Assembly: GCF_030144855.1 (NCBI RefSeq)
Contig: NC_082731.1
Location: 9,672,001-9,736,000, forward strand
Length of the DNA stretch: 64,000 bases
From: Hypanus sabinus
Lineage: Eukaryota
Direction: 5' to 3'
The notes beneath the pieces were generated by a model. That model was not told where the DNA came from and ran no database searches. It was given only the letters and a program-made list of their open reading frames with translations. The position numbers and the translations under genes are program-made. Numbering within the stretch: the first letter of the stretch is position 1; the number at the start of each line of letters is the position of its first letter. Below, in pieces: positions 38,071 to 50,849 of this stretch.

Positions 38071-41000
38071 GGTATTCAGGAAGCAATATCCTTGTTGTCG
38101 ATTGAAATTTGGATGAGAATATCGGTGCCATGATTTGTAAACTTGTGGTTAACAGGAAAATTAGAACAAAATGGAAAATGAAGACATTTACCCACGTTCG
38201 TTCTCTAGATTTCCTGGGAAACTGGGCATATCTCAAAATTAAATAAGTCGAATATATCTCACACACGTGCGAAGTATGCAATTCGAGTGTATAGTTGCCT
38301 GAATGTTGTGACGCAGGTAGACAGGGTGTTGAAAAAATTGTAGGACTTGAATGCTTTGTTCGGTCAGAAGTCTAAGAACAGGTTTGGGGTGCCATGTCAC
38401 AACTGCACAACTGCACACATTAAATTTTCTCATTTCTGAATGATCCAATTTTATCCTTAATAACTCCTTTGATTTTTTTTTTTACTTAACTGTGTTTTGC
38501 AAGATTCAGCATTTGGGCAATAACCAGAATCTGTACCAAATTTTCCACAACGTTTGATCTATAAATTGGAGCCCTTCATTTTATCTTACTCAGTACATAT
38601 ATGCCCTGACTTCTCATTACTCCTTCGTTGAATTTTTCCAGACTTCCAGACCACATCTTCAGGTCACTCCGATCAATTACAACTGAGCCTTGTAAAATTA
38701 TCACTGCTCTTTAAGACAGCAACACAAAACATTTTTTGCACACCAGGGTGAAACTTAAGGCTCCGTTCGTTGGGTTTCAATTCCACTCTGTTTGAAATTC
38801 GAATCAGAATGGAAAGCGGTTTTATTATCACTGACAAAGAATATGTCGTGAAATGTGTTTCTTCACAACACAGGTACAATGCAAGATATAACATTTACAT
38901 AAGCTGCAATAAATAAACACATAGAATTGGAATCGTAAGGTTGTATTTCTAGGTTCAAGGACCATTCAGAAATGTAATAGCTGAGGGTGGGTGTTCAGGC
39001 TCTTATACTTTCTATTCAATGGCAATAGTAAGAGGGCACATCTCGGATGGTGAGAGTACTTAATGATGGATGCCTTCTTCTTGAGAGACAGCTTTTTGGA
39101 ATGTTCGTGATGGTGGCATGTATCCGTCTGTGAAGCAGATGACTGAGTCTTCCTTCAACCCTTCGCAACCTCATTTGATACTGCACTTCGGAACCTCTGC
39201 ACAAGGCGGTGAAATGACCAGTCCGAATACTCTCCACAGTACATCCGAAGAATTTTGCAAATGCATTTGGTGATATCATAAATCTCCGCAAATTCCTAAT
39301 TCGTAATTTCATCAATGTGCTAGCCAATGTTCCCCGTAATGTATGTGCCTGTGCGCACCAATGCATCTTTTGCTATGAGCGCACAAAGGAATCTTAAAAT
39401 GTGCACACAAGGTTGTTACTCTTTATCTCTTTGGCATTTAAGTATATTTTATGAACGTTTCCTTTACCGGTTTCTGAATCAATGGTGTTGATAGCGTGGA
39501 GTACGTGATAATTTGTCTACATATTTTAGAAACGGGTTATTTATACTGTTTGTACTGAAGAAATTATTCACTCCGCACATGTGGTCACTGGGAAAACAAT
39601 TGCACAGCACAAGATTTTTGAGAATAGTGGCCATTACAAATGAGGTATTGGGACAAGATAGTTCCGCTGAAATGGCGACACCCAGGAACTTGAAACTGCT
39701 TATCTGCTTCACAACTGACTCATTAATTGCCATAGGACCAGGGACTCATTTCAAAGACTAGACGATACAACGGAGATGTTGATTGGCCTAGGACAGCATT
39801 TATAGCAGTTTTGTCATATAGAAATCAGAAAGGCTGAACAAATGCGATGACCTCCTTCACATACGTGATAGATTGAATTGCAATCCATTATTGAACTTCA
39901 GGTTTATTCACGAAGTTCACAGCGACAATCCAATGTTGTTTGGCATGTCAAAAGCCATCTTAGCAGCCACTATTTCTCAGACATTTGGATGAATCTATCG
40001 AAAACGGAGACTTGCCATCATGCGCTCCAACAATTGCTCAGTACTACTAACCTGCCGATTGTAATAGAACTGAATTCCCTCCTTCTTTGCAATTTTTGTC
40101 TTCTGACTCGTTCCGGAATGTAACCTCTGAAGAAATATGACACAAAATATCTTTTAAAATATCATCTGCCGTCTTGGTGTTTCCCATTCTTTATTCCAAA
40201 ATAATTTAGAGAAACAGAATTTTAATGTATAGATCGGCGTGTACGTGAAGCGCACACGCAATATTGGGAATCTGTGTATATTAATCGTACTGGTGATCGG
40301 TTATAAAATCATATCTGAAGAATTTCTGGGGCCACTGTACAAATCATGTGTATTGTAAAGTTAAAGACTCAATTGAATCAGATGTTCACTTTCGTCCAAC
40401 ATCACCAAGTGAATGCCGAATGAATATGCTTATGGCTTTGATTTTTCAACGCAGTGCAGGAGGCAGCTCCGCTCACTGAAACAGCTGTACAAAACTACTG
40501 CTGCCTCCACCCACCTATTCTATCTGTCAATAATTTTATTCAGTGTCTCATCCCATAGTTTTACTTCTTGAAATTAAGCGAACGCCTCCTTCTAAAAGCA
40601 GCACGGGGCAAACCCGACCCTAGATGTTGCGGTTTTCGGTGAACAACAGATGGACAATAATAGATGGCGAATTAAGATAAGGGCGCAACGGTCACTTACT
40701 CGTTGTTCAGCACGTTACGTTGTTTGATTGGACTATTCTTCCACAACAGCTGATTTTAAGCACCAACTCCTTAGATCCAGACGATGATAACATGCTACCG
40801 GGAATCAAGAATCACCCTAAGCTGCCAGTACGAATGCACATGCATAAAGTCATAGCAATACCGTCATATGTTCTCTTGTTAGACTGACAAAATTATGAAT
40901 ATCGATTTCAATTTGGCTTCAATTTTTTCTGCGACTTGGTTATTGCTCTGACATGGATAGCACATTCCTTTCAAGTGATAATAAAGTATTTTTGTTGGAA

Positions 41001-41459
41001 TACTCGGCCACCTTAAATGGTGTCACTGAAAAGGCATGGCTCTATCATAGAAACATGGTTTCTGACCTTGGTTCCCTCGTCTATCCAATTCATTCATTCG
41101 ATTGCCATTAATAGAAAATACCATTTCATAATGAAGTAAAGCCTGAGGATGCGAGCGACGTGTCCAAACCCACATCGGTCTCTATGTAAAATAAATGGCC
41201 CGCACCTCTCTTTTTAAATTTCCCTCTCACCGTCAATGCAAGTCTTCTAGTATCACACATTTCAATCCTGTTGAAAATATTTCGGCTTCCTGCACTTTAT
41301 ATGCTTATAAAGCTCTTCTGCACATATCAAATTGTAACTTTATTTCCTGAGGCTTGAACACATATCTCTGACTAAGAAAGGCAAACATGAGATTCGTTTT
41401 CTTTACCAACCTATCAAATTGTGCTGCAACTCTCAGTGAGCTGTGGACATGGACCTCCA

Positions 41460-43900
41460 AGATTGCTCTGTACCTGAAAGGTGCACAGACGCATGACATG
41501 ATCGCTTGGGGTCTCCCAATATCTTGGAAGACACGCCCCACTCCCTCGTTTGTTTTGAGCTGATCAGAGAATTAAGAGAGGAGGAAAATGCGACGGAGGC
41601 GCGTCGGATCTCCGTCAGCAAGGTAAATTCCTCGGTAGTAGCCTCCGTTGCTAGAGATCCCTGATAGCCCTTCCTCGTGGATGATAAGGGGACTGTAGCG
41701 GAGTTTAGAACTAAGATATCCATGTTGTTATCTGCGGGTGAGACCACGCCGCATGACAAAGCCGAATGGGAGTCTAACCCCCTGAGGGCTGCTAGTGAAC
41801 AGGGTCCCGCGAGAAGGGGAGCGACAGGTATTATCTGCGATAACGATGGGGAAGAGAAACACTTCAGGCGGGAGTGTGAAGGCCGAGAAATCTTCCGAGA
41901 GTAAGCCCCCAGCTACCTAAGCGGAGAAAAACGTCGGAAACTTAGAACCCAGTGAGGAAACGGCCTGGCTTCTTGGCGGGGGAGTGGGCGGAATACGTTC
42001 CAATCAATATATCAACGAAAACTCCAAAGCAAAATATCCTATTCCTGAAGGCTTAGTGGGGCCAAGCTCCAGTGTATCGCTACGGATCGAGGGTATTTAT
42101 GCAAGAGCCATATTTGACACAGGCTCTGGGGTTACTCTGATGTACCGTTTGTTTTACAACCAGTATTTGACGCATTTACCGTTGACGCAATTCAGTGCGC
42201 TCGTGATCTGGAGGCTTAGTACGGATGACTACCCATATGATGGTCACTTGTCCTTGAATCTGGAGTTTTCGGAGGCAGATGTGGGAGTAGCTGAGGTCCT
42301 TGATACATTTGTGTTAGTTTGTCCGGACCCATTCGAAAAGGACGAAGCTTCAGTTCTTGTGGGGACGAATCCTCCTATTGTGAGGAGGCTAATGGGAGCC
42401 TGCAAGGAGAAAGTTGGAGACAGTTTTCAGAGAACATTGTCCATTTACCTTATGTTCTGAGTTGCTTTTGAGGAAGTGTGTGGCCGCACTGGGCTGGATG
42501 ATGAGCATAAAAGAGGGACTGTGTGGTACACCCAGTCCAAACCAGTCGTGTTACGGTCTGGAGAAGCAGCTAAAGTGACGGGAAACCCCAAATTTCCCGG
42601 AATGCCTGATGTTAAGGACCTCTTGGTGGATGCTCAAGAAGACCACGAAGAGAAGTCGTCCTTACCTGCTGGGGTATTGATGAGATTCGAGCTGCAGAGG
42701 TCCTCGGTTGCACAAGTCAACAGAATGACTGTGATTGTTAGGAACACCTCAGAGAGGGAGGGCACCCATAGCCGGCTTATGTCATTGGCGCACCTCATTC
42801 CGGTGACGGTAATGTCTAGTGTTCTTGTGAGACAAGTCGGGAAGAAACTCTCTCCAAAAAAGGGAAATTTGACTGCCGAGTCATTCAACTCTGGGGACTC
42901 CCCGGTACCTGGAATTTGGAGGGGATGGTTGATAGAGAAGATGTTGAAGCTGGAAGATGTCTTTTCCACTGACGAGTTTGATGTGGGTTGTTCCAAGAGC
43001 ATTCGCCACACCATTCGGGAGACAGAGAACACAGCGTTCAGAGACAGGTCACTGCGAATGGCACTTGAAGAGGTGTAGACCTTCGGCAGCATGTGTGGAA
43101 GCTGAAGGAAGCTGGGAACATCTCTGAATATTACCTGGATATTACATCTAGATACTACCAGATACGCATGAGTGATCCTGACAAACAGAAGACGGTTACT
43201 GGGATTCTTCCAGTTTGGAACGATAGGCCAGAGCATGGAGAAAGCCGGGGAATATGAACTTGCTTAAGGTATTGCTGTACCTGGATGATCTCATCGTGTT
43301 CCGGTCCATCTTGAAGGAGTATGACGTTAGGCTACTGAAAGGTGCTGTGCTGCCTGAAAGCTGCAGGTTAGAACTTTCCCTGGACTAGTACCAGGACGTC
43401 TGTCAATTATGTGGAGCACATGTGATGGAGTAGCTACAGATCCGTCTAACATAGAGGTGGTGACCACATGGCCAAGGCCTCAGTCTGTGAGCGCCCTGCC
43501 CTCGTTCTTTCAATTCTGTTGGAACTATCGGAGGTTCGTGAAGGACAACTCTAAAGTGAGTTACCACTTAAATTAGCTTCTGTGCTGTTCGCTCCCTTGG
43601 AGAAAAGAGGGAGAAGGACGAAAACAGAAGCTGCTAAAGATTATTTTAGCCCCTCGGAGCTTTTAGGAGCGGCATGGGATCCGAAATGTGAAGAGGCCTC
43701 TCAGTTGCTAAATGAGCAACTGACGAAAAAGCCTGTACTGGCTTTTGCAGATCCCCGATTGCCGTATGTACTGCACACGGATGCCAGCAGACAGGGTTTA
43801 GGGGAGTTTTGTATCGGGACCATGGCACAGGGTTGACAACTGCTGGAGTCTGTCACCCTCTGAGCGAAGCTACACAACCGCCCCCGCCCCCCCCCCCACA
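41460..43900 (+). mobile_element. Decayed Ty3/Gypsy LTR retrotransposon (gag knuckle, protease, RT, RNase H)
   Basis: Degenerate knuckle CDNDGEEKHFRREC; protease IFDTGSGVTL; RT LYLDDLIV (about 43275); RNase H YVLHTDASRQGLG; many stops. Confidence 0.85.
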
Positions 43901-45399
43901 CACACACACAAGTTGGAGTTCCTGGCATTGAAAAAGGCTGTGGACGGACAACAACCCATTCACTTATATCCTGACCTCGGCGAAATTGGATGTCACAGGC
44001 ACTGGTTGTCGGCATTGTCTGCTAATAAGCTCTGTCTGGAATACCGGCCGGGGAGTCGGTACATTAATGGCAATGCGTAGACCCGACGTGCACATGAAGG
44101 GCTGGGCAGGGAAGGAGATTGGGGAGGGTTCCTGTCCCTGGAGTCAAAGCAATGTGCCAGTTTTCCATCACGAGGAAGGAGGAGGAAAGGCCGAGCGGAC
44201 TTGGAGGTTAAGAGCGGCTTAGTGTTGGGCGACGAAATCAGGGCCGGAGCGATTCGCTGGGCAGCGTGCTCTTGGCCCAGAGCCTTTCCAGTCAGCGGTA
44301 CCTGGGCCCCAGTGCGAAGTAGAATTAAAAACGCCTGCCCAGATACGAGGCGAGAACGGATTCCGCTCACTCTCCGCGATGGCCAGTCCGCTCTCCAGGG
44401 CGCCAGAGAATTTCGCTGTTCCGTCGTTGGGTCAATTTGAATCTTGGCCCAGACGTACTGACAAGATAGGGTATTAGTCGGAACGAGTGCCGATTTCGCT
44501 CGTTCTCCGCCATGGTCATCTCCATGGCGCTGAGGCTATGAAGACTGCTCCGGCTGCTGTGCTCCGTACCCGGTAATAAGATGAACTGATAAGCAAAGTT
44601 TTGGGTCTACTCCGGGGTTCGGATCTGAGGACTCATTTGTGGTTTAGAATGCTGTCGTGCGCTTCATTTGTTTGCATGTCGTGTATATATTTTTCGTGCT
44701 CTTGTGCACGGAGTATTGGTCTTTCGTTAATAAGAGAAAAACCCCAGATGCTGGAGTTCCAAGCAATACACAACACATGTCTTAATGAAGGGTCTCATGA
44801 AGCATCGACTGTTTCAATTTTTCCATTGATGCTACCTGGCCTGCCGAGTTCTCCAGCATTTTGTGTGTGTTGCTTGGTCTCTTTTTTAATGCTTATTCTT
44901 TCTTACTTTAAATTGTGTTCTTTCAGATTTCTTGCTTTGCGGCTACCAGGAAGCATGTAAATCTAAAGGATGTCTAATTTCTATATTCAACAAATGAACT
45001 TGAATATGAATATATATCGTAGGGCTCTGGGGGGGTGTGGCGAGGTCGAAGTGGGCCTGGTGGACAGCACGCCCCAGCATTTCTAGTGGCCAGAGCAATT
45101 TATTGTTCTTGTTTTAAAATGCTTTCGTGGGATTATGATGGGAAGTTCAAGTTCATTTATCGTTACATTTTAACTTGGGTTATATAGCTATTCGTATGTT
45201 TGTTTGTTTGTTTGTGGGTCACATTGACTGTAACTAGGGTGTGTAATAATGACCTCCACCACCAGTATGTTACTGGATGGTTCTTTCCTTGGGTCATACC
45301 GGCCAGTCTGTTTTTGTGTTTGTTGCAAGAAAGACGACTGATGAGTTAAAGGAGCAGTTCTCGTCTGTCACCGAATGCTCGTCATATTGGGGTCAGGAG

Positions 45400-47330
45400 C
45401 GGGATTAGAAATTGACGGCGAGATTGAAGATATACGACATCGGATGAAGCACCTTAAAACCCGGGGAATTGATCAAAGGACTGAGAAGTATGTCTACCCT
45501 GCTACTTCGGGCTGAAGATGGGGCGCCGACTCGGAGGGATGATCTGGGAACTGAGCATTATGCCTTCCCAAGGGACCCCGACGGGGCGAGCCTGTCCCGC
45601 AGGCTCTCAAACCCGGGAGACATGGCAGAGCACATCACCCAACTCCCTCCTGGAACGCACCGGGGAACGCAAAATTCCACAGCAATGGGAAGACGACAAC
45701 ATGGCAGTTACCACTGACGCCGCTGGAGGAAGAAGAGGACCAACAGTTTTCACGTTACATGGTCCTCCTTGAAGCTCCTCAGATATAATGCTACCAGCTG
45801 CCTGGAGCCTTTCCTGTTGCGTCAAATTTGCCGCATGGCACAATGTGCATCCCCATCAAAACGGCGGTGGACCTTGTCCTCGCACTGGATGGGGACGCCA
45901 CGCGTGCCCTGCTCGACCTAACGACAGCTGAGCAGCATGACTATAGGGCTATCCAAGCGGCGCAGGAGCTGTGCTTCGGGTAGAGGCCATTGGAGGAAAC
46001 AATGAGAGAAGAATTGGGCAGCAGATGGCGACTTTTAGGAGAAAGCCTGGAGGGCGTTCGCAGCTGATCTCCGCCACTATGCTCGTCATGGCTAACCCCA
46101 GTTCCCTTCCGCGGCCCAGGAAGTGTTTGCCCTTCACGCCTTCGGAAAGGCGCTCACGCCGGAGCGTCTTCGGCAGCATGTTACCCTGACATCACCATCA
46201 TCGCTGGCAGAGGCAGAAGGGCGAAGCAACTTCACTCCCCCAAAGCATTCGTGTGTCACCCGGCCCGCCAAAAGCCTGGGCCTGTGTCGCCGAGGTGGAG
46301 GAGAAAACTGACGAAGAGAAACCCGTGAGACAGTTCCGACCAGCACCGCTCAGGCCCCGTCGCGTGTTACGGAGCGGTCTCTGTTAAGGGTATGACGAGG
46401 CAAGCCACATGGCCTGGGATTGCTCCGCGCAGCGCCACGCCATAGCCCCTGCGCCGCTCGAAACCTTCAGCAGAAACCTTCGGCTGTCCCCTCTCCGGGT
46501 GGGACGTTTGGGTGAACAACAAGGCTTTTGTGTTGACTGCGTGGTAGAGGGTATCAGAGGTCTTGCGTTGGTGGACACGGTGTCAATCCTCACCATTATC
46601 TACCCAGGTTTCCTCGCAAAATGGCTCATCCACCTTGCCTGTGTGGACAACCACGCCGGTCCAGCGGGCTACGGTTACTGGCAACTGTGCGGCGCCGTGA
46701 GGGAAGAGATGGCTGCGCATTGCATTGGGGGGAAAAATAGAACACGAGGTGCGTATGGCTAACATCCTGGAGTCCTGCCTCATTGGCCTGGACCTGATGT
46801 CCCGCTGGTGGGCGCACGTGGATCTACTGGGGGCAGTACTCTACTTCGGCGCCGAATCCGTGATTCTCCGGCAGGGCACCTTCAGAAAGCGGACCCGGCG
46901 GGAGCGGCGAAATGCACCACGGTCTCACCGCGAACCGCCACAGTACAGCACACCGCGAGATGGCCCAAAGCAACACAACGGGCAAGCGCTGATGGCGGCG
47001 CTTCAGGTGGCAGCGATGAAGACTTCCCCACCATTGCCCTGCAGCTTCACAGCGAACAGCTGAGCGATCCTCTGCCGGCCCGAGTAAAGGGATTGCTGAG
47101 CGTGGGACGATGGCCGGAGTTGGCAGAGGTCTCCACCCTAGATCCAGGCATTCAAGCCCTGTTCTCTCATTGGGCACGCTGGAGAAGCGGGACGGGCTGT
47201 TGTTCTGGCCGTGGCCACGGTGTTACGGTCCGTGCACGGGCTCCTGGAGAAGGTTATTTCTGGGTCGCAAAGACGTTTGGGAACTTGCGCGAACGCTTCT
47301 ATTGCGCCCGGCCAGTCTTTGCAATTGTCC
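45400..47330 (+). mobile_element. Second decayed Ty3/Gypsy element (gag, protease, integrase N-terminus)
   Basis: gag-like ALLDLTTAEQHDY; knuckle ...HMAWDC; protease-like LALVDTVSILTII; pre-integrase QLSDPL...W..L...DGLL and GYFWVAKTFGNLRERFY (HHCC region). Confidence 0.75.
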
Positions 47331-47449
47331 CAATAAAATCAGCTGCTGAATTAAACGAGCTTAATGAGCTTTTTTTTCGTCTGTCATCATAGACGAAATG
47401 CTTGCCACTATATATATCATCAGTAACGTCGGAGGTCCAGGTACGGAAC

Positions 47450-47900
47450 AACATTAGTCACGTACAGTACTTGAACCAGCGCCAACAATCAAGTAATACA
47501 CACTGTCTTCGGTAGACGACACAATCATGAATCCAAACGGCCAAGTCACCATAGATAACACGGGTCTTAATCTTCTGTACGAGTCTCCCTTGAATGGCCT
47601 TGTCGCATATCTCCCGAAAACCCACGTAGACATATTCTAACTCTCTACCTTCATCAATCATCTTCATCACCTCGAAACATTCAATACTGATACTAAGAGA
47701 TGACCTGCCTCTCACAAAGCTATGCTGATGATCCCTAATTAGGCTCTGCTTTTCCAAATGCTCATAAATTATATTTCTAAGTATCCTCTGCATTAATTTC
47801 CCTAACACTGACAATAAGATCCACCAATCTATTATTTCCAGATTAACGCCATTTCCATTCCTGAACAAAGGAACAACATTGTCCCCTACAACAGCTGCTT
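47450..47900 (-). mobile_element. CR1 RT fragment
   Basis: VVPLFRNG...LLSVLGKLMQRILRNIIYEHLEKQSLIRDHQHSFVRGRS (ORF 47458-47937). Confidence 0.75.
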
Positions 47901-49391
47901 CCGTCATGGTGTGAGAAGATGAATACCCTGCCAACACCTATGTATCTTCTCTAGGACAGCGGACTGCTTACTGTACTGTTTACTATTTACCTGCGCTGCG
48001 CATTAGTACATACATTTTGAATTATAATTTGCTACCTTATTTTAGTATAATATTTTGCTTTTTTTGTACTGTGTGTGATATATGTTGTGTGGTTGCACCG
48101 TCGTCCAGAGGAACGTTGTTTCGTTTGGTTGTATATACGTACACTCAAATGACAATAAACAAACATCAACTTGAACTTGTACAAATATGATGGTCATGGC
48201 ACCAGCAATCACCGTTCTCGCCTTTCTCTAGAATACTTCAATAGGCCCTGCAAACACTTCAAGATGAATGATTTTAAAGATATTCCTAATCTCAAAATGT
48301 CCTGGCAAATTATCATGCTCCACTCTGGTCTCACTACCCGTTAATTCCCTCTCCTTGGTAAAAACCGATGCAAAGTACACTTTAGTACTGAACGCTCATA
48401 ATCGCTCTCCAAAAGCATGCTTCCTATTTTATCCTTGAGTGGTTCTATACTCTGCCGAGTTACCTTAATCACTTGATGTATGTATCCTTCTTGCCAAAAT
48501 ATGGTTCTCTCTCTCTCGCACTCTCCAAATTTTCATATTGAGTTCTTTACTGGCTTATTTATATTTTTTTTCAGTATCGCTGTTGGATTTTATTTCCCTA
48601 AACCTTAAGCATGCTTTTTTATCATCTTGACTCGATTTGCCACGTCTGCCGCCATTCACTCTTCCTTATAAGTTACGTATTCCATTCAAATTAATTGTCC
48701 ATCTTCTCCTTTTGACTTCTTTATGGAACGTGGTTCCAGTTACCCATGTTGTTCGAATTTGACAAATCCCTTCACAATGAACAATCTGATACGATCTTCT
48801 TCCCTAAATCTATCTCCTTTCTGTCTTCTGATCAGAAATGACCCGGATTACTACCGTAAATTAGGCAGATCTGAGTTTTTATATCGTAATACTTTCTCTC
48901 TAGTCGAGTTCCTCCTGTATCTTGTGTTTGGCTTTGCTACTATCCACGCACATTGCAAGCAAAGTCACGAAACTACAAAATGAAAATAAACTTCGGCTCA
49001 GATTTTGTTACTACGACTGGCATCAGATTCATGTAGATTACCAATGGTGAATAGAGGAAGCAAGATAGGGAGACAGGGACATGCTCAGTTTGTCTGCATC
49101 AATAGGAATAATCTTTAGCTAATCCTGGTGATAAACTGAATTGTTTTCAGAGTATTTTCTGTGTCATAATGACATTTAGATCTTTAACATATTTTTGCGG
49201 AGCTCTCACCATATAACAGAGCAAAGAGAAATACGTTCAGTACGATGGAAGGAAGCAATGAAGATCTTTCTTGAAATTTCTATCTATACATTCACGTTAA
49301 TGCGTCATATATTTTACCGATGTAGTTATCGGATATAATGCATATCATTATCCAAGCTATAATCGTAGTGAGTGTGCCTTCATTCTGCATT

Positions 49392-49425
49392 ATGCAAATG
49401 AGGCCAGGCTCGCAAGGCTTATAAA
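49392..49425 (+). promoter_or_regulatory. IgNAR V promoter: octamer ATGCAAAT (49392-49399) and TATA-like TATAAA (49420-49425)
   Basis: Exact Ig octamer 20 bp upstream of TATAAA and about 120 bp upstream of the leader ATG (49517). Position is the evidence; the 8-mer alone also occurs by chance elsewhere (e.g. 17019). Confidence 0.75.
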
Positions 49426-49516
49426 GTCTTTGCTTCTCCAGAGGGTTGCACAGACAGCCTGCGCTGGTGTCTCGAACCTTCTCTGTTTAAACAGGCTTTC
49501 TGGTCGTGAAGGAACG

Positions 49517-49559
49517 ATGAATATTTTATGCGTTTCGATATTTTTAACCTGGTTGCCAA
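49517..49559 (+). CDS. IgNAR: IgNAR leader exon (MNILCVSIFLTWLP + first base of N)
   Basis: ATG at 49517, hydrophobic signal peptide resembling shark IgNAR leaders (MNIFLLSVLLAWLP type), phase-1 donor A|GTAAGT at 49560; 128-bp intron ending TTCCTCCCTTCAG at 49687. Confidence 0.93.
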
Positions 49560-49687
49560 GTAAGTGCAGTTCAGTTTTAAAGAGAATAATGGTTACTGTC
49601 TTGCCGTTGCGTCCACAGATTTCATTTTATGTTAAATTCGGTGCTGCTTCAGATATGTGATTATTAAATATGTTTTCCTCCCTTCAG

Positions 49688-49959
49688 ATGCCTTCAGTGC
49701 AAGGGTAGAACAGACACCAAGAGAAGCAACAAAACGACCCGGCGAAACTCTGACCATCAACTGTGTTTTAAGAGATGCTAGCTATGGCCTGTATAGCACA
49801 TCATGGTTCATCCAAAGACCGGGTCGATCTGGTTGGGAGAGGCTATCTATTGGAGGACGATATGCGGAATCAGTCAACAAGCCAGCAAAGTCCTTTTCCC
49901 TGAAGATCAGCAACCTAATGGCTGAAGACACAGCCACGTATTTTTGCAAAGCTCGAGAT
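49688..49959 (+). CDS. IgNAR: IgNAR variable (V-NAR) gene segment, germline, intact
   Basis: Translates (N)[90 protein letters not shown]: canonical C...W...C, the shortened CDR2-less V-NAR architecture and the GRY.ESVNK..KSFSL motif; directly followed by an RSS. Confidence 0.97.
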
Positions 49960-49997
49960 CACAGTAACGAAACTGAGCACACGCCAATTCAAAAAGT
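49960..49997 (+). other. V 3' recombination signal sequence (22-bp spacer, 23-class)
   Basis: Heptamer CACAGTA 49960-49966, 22-bp spacer, nonamer TCAAAAAGT 49989-49997. Confidence 0.92.
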
Positions 49998-50192
49998 TTG
50001 AAAATCTTTCACGCGAGAATCTCTAACTGCTTCGTTCTTATGGAAAAGAAAATTACTGAGCAGTAGTTGATTCCCCTGTAGAGCAAATGTACACTAGTAG
50101 TAAGTTGGCAACAGTCACAATGCCGCTTATATCCAAGTGGACACAGTTGGAGGTGCAGCGTCAGTATTCTCCCAGACTTATGTAAATAGAGA

Positions 50193-50269
50193 CCTTTTTG
50201 CTATTGAATCAACCACTGTGCCTATACTGTCACAGTGAAACAAAGCTCGGACTCCGCAATTCAAAAACC
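50193..50269 (+). CDS. IgNAR: IgNAR D1 segment (CCTATACTGT, 50221-50230) with 12-RSS and 23-RSS
   Basis: CCTTTTTGC(50193-50201)-12 bp-CACTGTG(50214-50220); D coding; CACAGTG(50231-50237)-23 bp-TCAAAAACC(50261-50269). Frames: PIL / LYC / YT. Confidence 0.93.
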
Positions 50270-50457
50270 ACTAATGCACTAAAGTCAATGTTAACCCGCT
50301 CCTGAACTGTACAATGCAGATATAGAATGCATAAACCTGTACACTATTTTCGAAGGATTATTGGTTATAAAGTAAGTTGTATAGAATAATGCGAAATTAA
50401 GCTAGATTGTAATTGTAACCGCCGTGACCTCGGTTTCTTGTATTAATTTAGAAGGAA

Positions 50458-50537
50458 CCTTTTAGTACTGATATCAATGACTGTGTGTGTGGGGTGTGCC
50501 ACAGTGATGAATCTTCAGTCCGCTTCATGCAAAAATC
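50458..50537 (+). CDS. IgNAR: IgNAR D2 segment (TGTGTGGGGTGTGC, 50486-50499) with 12-RSS and 22-RSS
   Basis: CCTTTTAGT(50458-50466)-12 bp-GACTGTG(50479-50485); D coding; CACAGTG(50500-50506)-22 bp-GCAAAAATC(50529-50537). Frames: CVGC / VWGV / CGVC. Confidence 0.88.
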
Positions 50538-50849
50538 ACCTCGGCAATTATTAATGCAAAATTAATGCAAGATGTTCCTTTAGGGACAAAAACTGCTTTC
50601 AGACAAACATTCTTTATCTCTGCCAGAGACTGGTACACAAAGCACAGCCTTGCTCTATATGCCTGTGTAATTGTAGTACATATGTGATCATCATATTAAT
50701 AACAAAGCCTTGATATTATCTACCTGGCTGAGAGCTAGTATCGACGGGATTTAAACAGGCCAGTGCAACCATTTCAACCATGTACCCTACCATCGTATCA
50801 TGGGCGTATGGGATTATCTGACGGATTTATACGCTATTTCCAACAAGGA

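Noticed and set aside
44010-44570. GC-rich block with a 20/25 direct repeat (about 44361 and 44494) and a small hairpin
   Set aside because: Lies between Gypsy and LINE debris and is most simply retroelement UTR or LTR sequence; no array or RNA gene structure.
50112-50140. Extra heptamer-like CACAATG between V and D1 (also TACAGTG at about 51100 and TACTGTG at about 51180)
   Set aside because: No nonamer at 12 or 22/23 spacing, so no evidence for a fourth D or second J.
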